The notes beneath the pieces are model-generated. The model was not told where the DNA came from. It did no database searches and saw nothing but the letters and a program-made list of their open reading frames with translations. From a virus: DNA of 64,000 nt. Below, one piece after another: positions 57,373 through 64,000 of the stretch. Each line of letters begins with the position of its first letter. Within the stretch, counting starts at the first letter, position 1. Where the stretch lies: positions 16,515 through 80,514 of IMG/VR virus record IMGVR_UViG_3300025018_000006; one strand, written 5' to 3'. The position numbers and the translations under genes were made by a program.

Positions 57373-57963
57373 CTATTTTTTAGTTTTTTTATTTACCGGA
57401 GGATCTTCATCAAAATCCTCTATCATATAGATTATAGCATCCATAGCTTCAGCATCTTGTCCATCAGGAATCATGCTTAATGGAATTTTTTTAGGAATAA
57501 AATTTGTTTCTTCTTTTAATAAAGCTTGAAATTCTTCTTCCAGTTTTTTTCTATCATCAATAATTCCTTTATTAGTATCTTCTAATTTAGCTATTTTTTT
57601 AGATACTTCACTATTCTTATCATGAAGCATAGGTACGTTGTATGATCTTCTTTCTACGCGATCAATTATCTGTATTCTTTGCTGAGGATTTCCATCGGCA
57701 TCTTTTTTCGCATAATGAATAAGAATATCATCTCTTTGTTTTAAATATTCTTTGTATTCATCATTAAGTTTCTCAGCATCCCTTAATGATTCAATAATTG
57801 GCTCGAGATGTCTTTTATTCCAACTTACTGCAGCAATAAATTTTGCATGAAAAATATATCGCTCTTTATTTTCAAAGTTTTTAATTTCAGCAAAAGCCGG
57901 TTGCCTAACTACCTGTAATCCATTATACATGATAAGGCAATCATTGTTAGTCATTTTTTTCAT
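57373..57963 (-). CDS. Helical fibre-associated protein (possible chaperone)
   Basis: YAKKDADG motif, coiled coil, fibre context. Confidence 0.45.
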   Translation of the reverse strand: MKKMTNNDCLIMYNGLQVVRQPAFAEIKNFENKERYIFHAKFIAAVSWNKRHLEPIIESLRDAEKLNDEYKEYLKQRDDILIHYAKKDADGNPQQRIQIIDRVERRSYNVPMLHDKNSEVSKKIAKLEDTNKGIIDDRKKLEEEFQALLKEETNFIPKKIPLSMIPDGQDAEAMDAIIYMIEDFDEDPPVNKKTKK

Positions 57964-58022
57964 AATTATAAGATTGAATTAAAAAATATATTAAAAATAC
58001 AAATTATCAATAGAACTACAAA

Positions 58023-59198
58023 CTAAGACATTAAATAAGTACATGACCAATGAGTATTACTTGCTGTGAATAATGAAGTAAAACATATTGGATCAGCATT
58101 ATTAGCTGTTAAATTTACAAAATTATCTGCACCTGAGGGTAAAGAAGCAATACCTTCGTTAACAAAATCATCATTAGCATCTAATCTAAGTGAAACTATT
58201 ATTGTTGTTACAATGCATATTAATATTTTATAGGTTTCACTCCATTCAATTTCACCACCAGAATAAGTTATTCTATCTTTATAAGTAAATGTTCCTGAAG
58301 AAGAACATTTAAGATGATATAAATAGCTATTACTTCCTATAAAAACAGATTCATACTGATCTGTCTCTAAATGATAATAAACATCTGAAACAAGACTTGT
58401 ATATTGACCTTGATAAGTTACATCACCAAAAGAACTAAGAACACATGCTTTTACAGTACTACTAGAACTACTTGTAGCAAAAACATAAAGCATATTATTA
58501 TTTTTACTTACAGCCATAGAGTAAATAGGTGCCCCTGCATCATATGCTACTGAAGGATTAGATAATACTCCTGATGAAGTATTTACTAATATACTGCATA
58601 TTTTATTATCTCCGGAAGTAGGTGTACCTGCTATATATAAATAATCATCATTAGTTGCAATTTCTCCGCCAACAAAATTTTCTCCTATGGAAGCATAATT
58701 TAATATCACACTTGATATGTAAGTAAAAACACTTCCATTAAAAGAAACAGAATACACTATTGTTGAATAAGAAGTGTTAAGTGCAGTAAAAAAAATTTGA
58801 TGGTCATGAACCACACATATACTTTGAGGTGTGTAATTTCCCGGAATATTATATGTACCCTCAAGAGTAATAACTCCAGTTGTAGGATTTACACTAAATG
58901 CTTTTATATTTTTTATAGCAGAAAATCTATCAATAGCATAATAATAAGTAGCATCAGGAGATGATGCCATTGAATTTACATATGTTCCACTTATATTGTA
59001 AGAATCGGTATCTTTTAAGGTCAAATCTCCGGCAAGTCCATAATTTCTGAAATTTGATAATCGATCTTTACTTCCTTTATATCTTGGATCAAATTTAGAA
59101 TCAGTAGAATTAGTAAATGCTGCTGAAAGTCCTGATCCACCAACAATAGTAGTTACATCAGTTAATTTAAAAGTATCTGTATCTGGAACTCTATCCAT
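58023..59198 (-). CDS. Fibre-tip adhesin with beta-propeller-like repeats
   Basis: Short N-terminal attachment domain ending LSNFRNY, then beta repeats; follows the fibre gene. Confidence 0.55.
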   Translation of the reverse strand: MDRVPDTDTFKLTDVTTIVGGSGLSAAFTNSTDSKFDPRYKGSKDRLSNFRNYGLAGDLTLKDTDSYNISGTYVNSMASSPDATYYYAIDRFSAIKNIKAFSVNPTTGVITLEGTYNIPGNYTPQSICVVHDHQIFFTALNTSYSTIVYSVSFNGSVFTYISSVILNYASIGENFVGGEIATNDDYLYIAGTPTSGDNKICSILVNTSSGVLSNPSVAYDAGAPIYSMAVSKNNNMLYVFATSSSSSTVKACVLSSFGDVTYQGQYTSLVSDVYYHLETDQYESVFIGSNSYLYHLKCSSSGTFTYKDRITYSGGEIEWSETYKILICIVTTIIVSLRLDANDDFVNEGIASLPSGADNFVNLTANNADPICFTSLFTASNTHWSCTYLMS

Positions 59199-62100
59199 TT
59201 TGCAATTCCTTTACTTTTTGCTCTAAAACCTTAATTCTTTCCTTTAGCTTATCTTCTTTTGTTATTAAAAGATTATGAAGATCTTGAATAGCAGCACTAT
59301 TAATAGCTGTTATCATTGAATAAGACATTTTTCCATAACCACCAATTTCTTTAACTAATTCAGGTCTTATTTCTGACATTTCTGTAGTTAAAAAACCTAC
59401 ATGATCATAATCATCTCTTTTGTCTTTCCATTTAAATTGATGAACCTTAAAATTTAAAACAGTATCTAATCCATTGAATTTTTTATTTAATAGATTTTTT
59501 AACCGAGGATCAGAACTTAAAACAAAATCATCAGCTGTTATATCTCCGTATATAGTAACGTCAGTTCCATCAAGGGTTAAAGTAGCTGATGATAACAAAT
59601 TTGCATCTGAATAAGAAGATGGATTGTGTGATATTGCAAACGTACCACCAGACATCCCCATTGTTACTTCAGCGATTCCTGTTCTAAATAAAGATACTAC
59701 AGGGGATTGATAAGTAGAACTACCTCCATATAATTTTATACTATTTTGTGCACCAGATGCACCGACAGTCATTAAGGTGCCGCTCCATTGCAAATTACTA
59801 TTTCCTTCTATGCTACCATTGGTTTTCCATACTGCTATTTGATTATCAGCAGCAGTTCCGTATTTTGTAACATCACCTGATGCTGCTGTCCAAGTAGCAT
59901 TACCACTTGCATCAGCCGTTAATACATATCCAGCAGTAGGAGTTGTAGTAACCTGTAAAGTAGCTGTTGAAACTTTACCGGTAACAGTTAAATCCCCAGA
60001 TGCATCAACATTACCTGAACTATCTATTTCAAAATTAAGATTAGTAGATCCATCGTATAATTTAAAATATCCCCCCGAAGAAGTTTGACCCATTATAACT
60101 GAATCATTACCAATCCATGCAACTCTAATATAAGCATTTGCAGCATTATCTATTTCTATTTGACCATCTGCACTTATAGAGCCTGATACACTCATTTTTG
60201 TTCCACTATAAGTAAGTCTTGATGTACCTTCAATGGTACCATCACCAGTCCATACACCAATTTGATTATCTACAGGTGTTCCTACTTTAGTTACATTTCC
60301 ACCACCTACTACTAAACTTGATACTGATCTTTTAGTAAGTAATCCAGTTGAATCATTAATTGCAAGTAAATGATCTTCCGTATCATTATCTCCTAAGTTT
60401 GGAAAAAAGATAGTACCATCATTCACGAATTTAGCAAGAGTTCCACTTGACCCAACTCCAAGATCAGTCATTAATATTGAATAACTATCTACATCTATAT
60501 ATTGAGTTACATCTGTTCCATCTGTATATAAATAAGCATATCTAGAAACATCAGCTCCTAATTGAAAACCTCTAGCTCCTATTATAACTATATCTCCAGA
60601 TATATTTAAATCAGTTCCATTATATGTGAAATTAGGAGAACCTTCTATTGTTCCATCTCCTGTCCAAACTCCGATTTGATTATTGGCAGGAGTACCTACT
60701 TTAGTTACTAATGTAGTATATTGAGATGATGTTAAATGATAATACTCAGATGCCGTACCACCTTGTAATCCAGATAAATTATTATGATCAGAAGCTAAAG
60801 AAGCCGTGAATTGCTGATCAAAAGCACTTTGAACTTCTGTAGCAGTAGTTTCTCCTTCCTGAATAAGAATCCTGCCTAATAATATTCCACCTTGTTGTAA
60901 TACTTCCGGAATTGGTGTAGGAACAGATTCTACTTCTGCTGATGATGAATTTGAGTATTGATCCTGACCATATATCATGTGTGGTTCTCCTTCCATAGTA
61001 ATAAAGAACCATAGATTAGTGAACCAATTATTATTTAATGTAGCTAATGTCCCTGTACCATCATCATAATGAGTATTATCCCAGACTTGTTGATTCTCTA
61101 TCTCTAACCAACCACCACTGCCGTCCGAGTAAAAACTATGGAACCTATCTGTACTACTGGTATCTATAGAATCAATGGTGAATTTATTAAATCTACTCCA
61201 TAATCTACCTGCTGTGATAGTAACATATCTATTACCATCCCCACTCTCCCCTATAATAAGTCCACCTATTTGACGATCTCTTGATACCACACCATTTTCT
61301 GCTGTAAACCTTTCTATGATATGTGAAAAGGCATCTGTTGTTTGCCAGGGGTTATCAAATATATGTAAAATTCCATCTGTATTAACCACTGTGCCTAAAG
61401 AAAATTCAGAATCGTGATCCCAGTTTTCAGTAGTTCTTGCAACTACTTGTGGTGATCCACCATTATATTCAACTCCAATATACATAGTTGTATTTGTTGG
61501 TATAGAAATTCCCGTTACTGCTGCCCAATCAAATGATAATAGTCTTGCAACATCACTATCAGTAGCTTTAATAAACCCAGAACCTGATGCTACATTAACA
61601 GTTTCACCTGTGCCTTGTGTTATATGATTATCTGTAACACAACCGGCCGATGCGAACAAACCATTTGTTTGTTCAATATTAGTATATGTTGCTGAACCTA
61701 TTGTTGGTATTCCAATTAAAGATGCACCTGAAGCAGCTGGTGTGTTATCATTAAGACCAACTGTTCCTACATAAAAATCATCAGAAACTATCATTGATTT
61801 ACTGGTAACATCAAAATTACCAACATCCCAATTAGCTGTAAGAGGAACGGTGCCATCTGCTTTTATATAACCTATCAAAGCGTGATTACCCCAATTATAT
61901 GCCGTATCCCAGTTAGAGTAATTATAACTTGTTGGCATATCAGCATCAACTAATGATCTAAATGTTGGTATTGCAGATCCTCCAGATACCGGTCCGGCAA
62001 ATATTCTGTTAGCTGACTGATTAAGCCATGTAAGTGTTGCTTTGTTTGTTCCGGGAGACGTACCTATAAATTTAGTTAAAGTTCCATCTCCTGAAAGAAT

Positions 62101-62520
62101 TAAAGAAGATGATCCTGAGGCATTAAGAGTTGTAATTCCTAAATCTACAATTACGCTTGAATAAGCATTAACAACTGTACTAAGTCCGGATATAAAATTA
62201 CCTCTTGATATTTGTCGATATTTTCCCTGATGATCAACTGAAGAAGCTGAATCGTCATAAATAAGAAGCATATCAGCATCTTGAATTGTAGTAACTGTAT
62301 TTAATCTTGATTGAAAATCATCATCATCAGCAATTAAAGATCTGTTTGATTGAGTAGAACCTTTTGTTACTCGTACTTTTGGCTGATCGTCAGTAGTATT
62401 ATACCATATTGTTCCATCACTAGGACTTGAAGGATCGGAATCTAATACATGCAATCTATGGTTAAGAATTTCTAAACCATGCATATCAACCCGTACATAA
62501 AAATCTTTAGGCTCTGCCAT
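59191..62520 (-). CDS. Long tail fibre with C-terminal S74 intramolecular chaperone
   Basis: SDPRLKN cleavage motif and terminal coiled coil; three VTKxGT..NQI.VW...G.IEG repeats. Confidence 0.85.
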   Translation of the reverse strand: MAEPKDFYVRVDMHGLEILNHRLHVLDSDPSSPSDGTIWYNTTDDQPKVRVTKGSTQSNRSLIADDDDFQSRLNTVTTIQDADMLLIYDDSASSVDHQGKYRQISRGNFISGLSTVVNAYSSVIVDLGITTLNASGSSSLILSGDGTLTKFIGTSPGTNKATLTWLNQSANRIFAGPVSGGSAIPTFRSLVDADMPTSYNYSNWDTAYNWGNHALIGYIKADGTVPLTANWDVGNFDVTSKSMIVSDDFYVGTVGLNDNTPAASGASLIGIPTIGSATYTNIEQTNGLFASAGCVTDNHITQGTGETVNVASGSGFIKATDSDVARLLSFDWAAVTGISIPTNTTMYIGVEYNGGSPQVVARTTENWDHDSEFSLGTVVNTDGILHIFDNPWQTTDAFSHIIERFTAENGVVSRDRQIGGLIIGESGDGNRYVTITAGRLWSRFNKFTIDSIDTSSTDRFHSFYSDGSGGWLEIENQQVWDNTHYDDGTGTLATLNNNWFTNLWFFITMEGEPHMIYGQDQYSNSSSAEVESVPTPIPEVLQQGGILLGRILIQEGETTATEVQSAFDQQFTASLASDHNNLSGLQGGTASEYYHLTSSQYTTLVTKVGTPANNQIGVWTGDGTIEGSPNFTYNGTDLNISGDIVIIGARGFQLGADVSRYAYLYTDGTDVTQYIDVDSYSILMTDLGVGSSGTLAKFVNDGTIFFPNLGDNDTEDHLLAINDSTGLLTKRSVSSLVVGGGNVTKVGTPVDNQIGVWTGDGTIEGTSRLTYSGTKMSVSGSISADGQIEIDNAANAYIRVAWIGNDSVIMGQTSSGGYFKLYDGSTNLNFEIDSSGNVDASGDLTVTGKVSTATLQVTTTPTAGYVLTADASGNATWTAASGDVTKYGTAADNQIAVWKTNGSIEGNSNLQWSGTLMTVGASGAQNSIKLYGGSSTYQSPVVSLFRTGIAEVTMGMSGGTFAISHNPSSYSDANLLSSATLTLDGTDVTIYGDITADDFVLSSDPRLKNLLNKKFNGLDTVLNFKVHQFKWKDKRDDYDHVGFLTTEMSEIRPELVKEIGGYGKMSYSMITAINSAAIQDLHNLLITKEDKLKERIKVLEQKVKELQNG

Positions 62521-62530
62521 GACTTAATTA

Positions 62531-62938
62531 TTAATTACAATATACTTTTCCAGCAACAGCTATATCAAAACTTACCGTAATATTATTTTCATCAATAAAT
62601 TCAATGTCTCCTATAATTTCTTTACCGGACGTATTTACAATTTGAACAGATGGATATTTTCCAAGTTCGTGATTTACATTCCATGACAAAGAAGCAACTG
62701 CTTGATCATGCTGATAAAATTTATCAGTTTCAACTTCAACTGGAGATACTGTAATTCCATCTTCTGTAAGCTTAATCATGAGGAAATATCCACCATATCC
62801 TGTATATTCATTTATCGTATCAACCAAATCAGTAAATCTAACTGGGTTTTCACGATCAAATGTCAAGATAGGCTTTCCTGATGGTTCTGCCATTGGAGGA
62901 AAGTCATGCGCTGTATCAAAAGATTTACTTCCGCTCAT
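62531..62938 (-). CDS. Small virion/fibre protein
   Basis: WNVNHELGKYPSVQI motif. Confidence 0.6.
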   Translation of the reverse strand: MSGSKSFDTAHDFPPMAEPSGKPILTFDRENPVRFTDLVDTINEYTGYGGYFLMIKLTEDGITVSPVEVETDKFYQHDQAVASLSWNVNHELGKYPSVQIVNTSGKEIIGDIEFIDENNITVSFDIAVAGKVYCN

Positions 62939-63201
62939 TATATCGGACAGTTTTCAACAATGATAGTTGCTAATTCATGTAAATACAATACTTCATCATC
63001 GGTAAGAAAGTCTGCATCTACATCGTAAAATTTTAAAGCATCCAGAATGTTCATTAACATCATTCCTTCTTCTTCTTGTCGCCAAGCATCTGGATCTCCT
63101 TGCTTACGCATATCCGCAGCAATTGAAGCCATTGATACCTGGTATCCGGCTATTCCGATAACTATATCGTCATAAGTCGTTTGGGATAAAGATAAACTCA
63201 T
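62938..63201 (-). CDS. Small virion protein (tail-hub-like)
   Basis: 87 aa helical, coupled to neighbours. Confidence 0.45.
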   Translation of the reverse strand: MSLSLSQTTYDDIVIGIAGYQVSMASIAADMRKQGDPDAWRQEEEGMMLMNILDALKFYDVDADFLTDDEVLYLHELATIIVENCPI

Positions 63202-63202
63202 A

Positions 63203-63802
63203 TTACCAGCAATTTTCTATTCCGTAATAGTTATACATCGACTTAATAACAGCCATAAATTTTCTAAATTGAACTTTCTTTCCGAGATCGACTGCATTCT
63301 CAGCTGATTCAAGATAAAATCCCTGAAGAAATATATCACGATTTTTACGATATGTCTCATCAGTTAGAGGCCATGATAATAATTTAGCAGGCATTTTTCT
63401 TTTCATGCAACGGTTTTTTGCAAGAAATGCCTGTGCATTATCATACATAGGTTCATTACCTGAAGCGTATGATCCTTCGCTGACAACTAAGCGAACGATA
63501 TAATATCCATCTTCAAATTTTTCACCAACTGCTTCTCCATCTATTGCAAGATCAGCAATATCAATGGTGTGTCCATCAATGGATAAAAATTCATTAAACT
63601 TAGTTTTGTCTGCACCAGAAATTAATGGATAACTATCAAAAGTAATAGTTTCTTCATCATCATTTATGAAGAATACCACTAACCAAGCAGAAGTAGTTGA
63701 ATCTTCTTCTCCATTCCAAACGCTCTGGTCCCATATACGAAAACTTTCAGCATCCTGAGCTTCCTGAATACGAGTTTCTAAAGTTAAATCTGTGTATGCC
63801 AT
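63203..63802 (-). CDS. Virion protein (tail-hub-like)
   Basis: FEDGYY beta domain then helical bundle ending in Cys. Confidence 0.5.
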   Translation of the reverse strand: MAYTDLTLETRIQEAQDAESFRIWDQSVWNGEEDSTTSAWLVVFFINDDEETITFDSYPLISGADKTKFNEFLSIDGHTIDIADLAIDGEAVGEKFEDGYYIVRLVVSEGSYASGNEPMYDNAQAFLAKNRCMKRKMPAKLLSWPLTDETYRKNRDIFLQGFYLESAENAVDLGKKVQFRKFMAVIKSMYNYYGIENCW

Positions 63803-63806
63803 AATT

Positions 63807-64000
63807 TTATTTATTATTCAATGTTTCTATAGCTTCTTCAAAATTACGCTTTTGTTCTGATTTTTTATCAGTTACTTTACCAGCTTTTATTTTTCTCATT
63901 TTAGTAGCATCTTTTAACATTTGATCATAATCACCAAGATCACCTTGATCATATAATCTTTGAAGTGTCATCATTTTTAAAGCATCTTCAAGCCTACTAC
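63807..64000 (-). CDS. C-terminus of upstream gene (partial)
   Basis: Open frame ...SRLEDALKMMTLQRLY...ETLNNK*. Confidence 0.65.
   Translation of the reverse strand, partial: SRLEDALKMMTLQRLYDQGDLGDYDQMLKDATKMRKIKAGKVTDKKSEQKRNFEEAIETLNNK

Noticed and set aside
1-64000. Stop-codon reassignment (TAG/TGA), as in some crAss-like phages
   Set aside because: Long structural and replication genes are intact in the standard code and tile tightly. The one clear internal stop is TAA. Reading through the TGA at 7856 hits TAA two codons later.

Overview
AT-rich segment of a crAss-like (Crassvirales-type) Bacteroidota phage genome, read in the standard genetic code. Positions 1-29563 (minus strand) are the late block: PD-(D/E)XK nuclease, terminase, portal, scaffold, major capsid, ring, IHF-like and muzzle proteins, and the start of a cargo protein. 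This block also holds two partly decayed lysis cassettes and a C-type-lectin fibre tip with a DGR variable-region signature. Positions 29600-32050 are a divergent control region packed with hairpins. Several fold only on the bottom strand, through tandem sheared G.A pairs and GNA triloops, and a 20-bp N4-promoter-like repeat occurs twice. Positions 30000-56173 are early/replication genes with a plasmid/ICE-like complement: RepL, RadC, an ATPase-deleted mini-ComM, DUF932, a PRTRC ubiquitin-like cassette, a DnaA C-terminal-domain protein, SF2 helicase, initiator, primase-helicase, a variant UNG and a GroES-like protein. No DNA polymerase is visible. Positions 56207-64000 (minus strand) are a second virion/tail-fibre block, probably the end of the late operon of a circularly permuted genome. 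All family assignments come from motif recognition by eye; no database searches were run.
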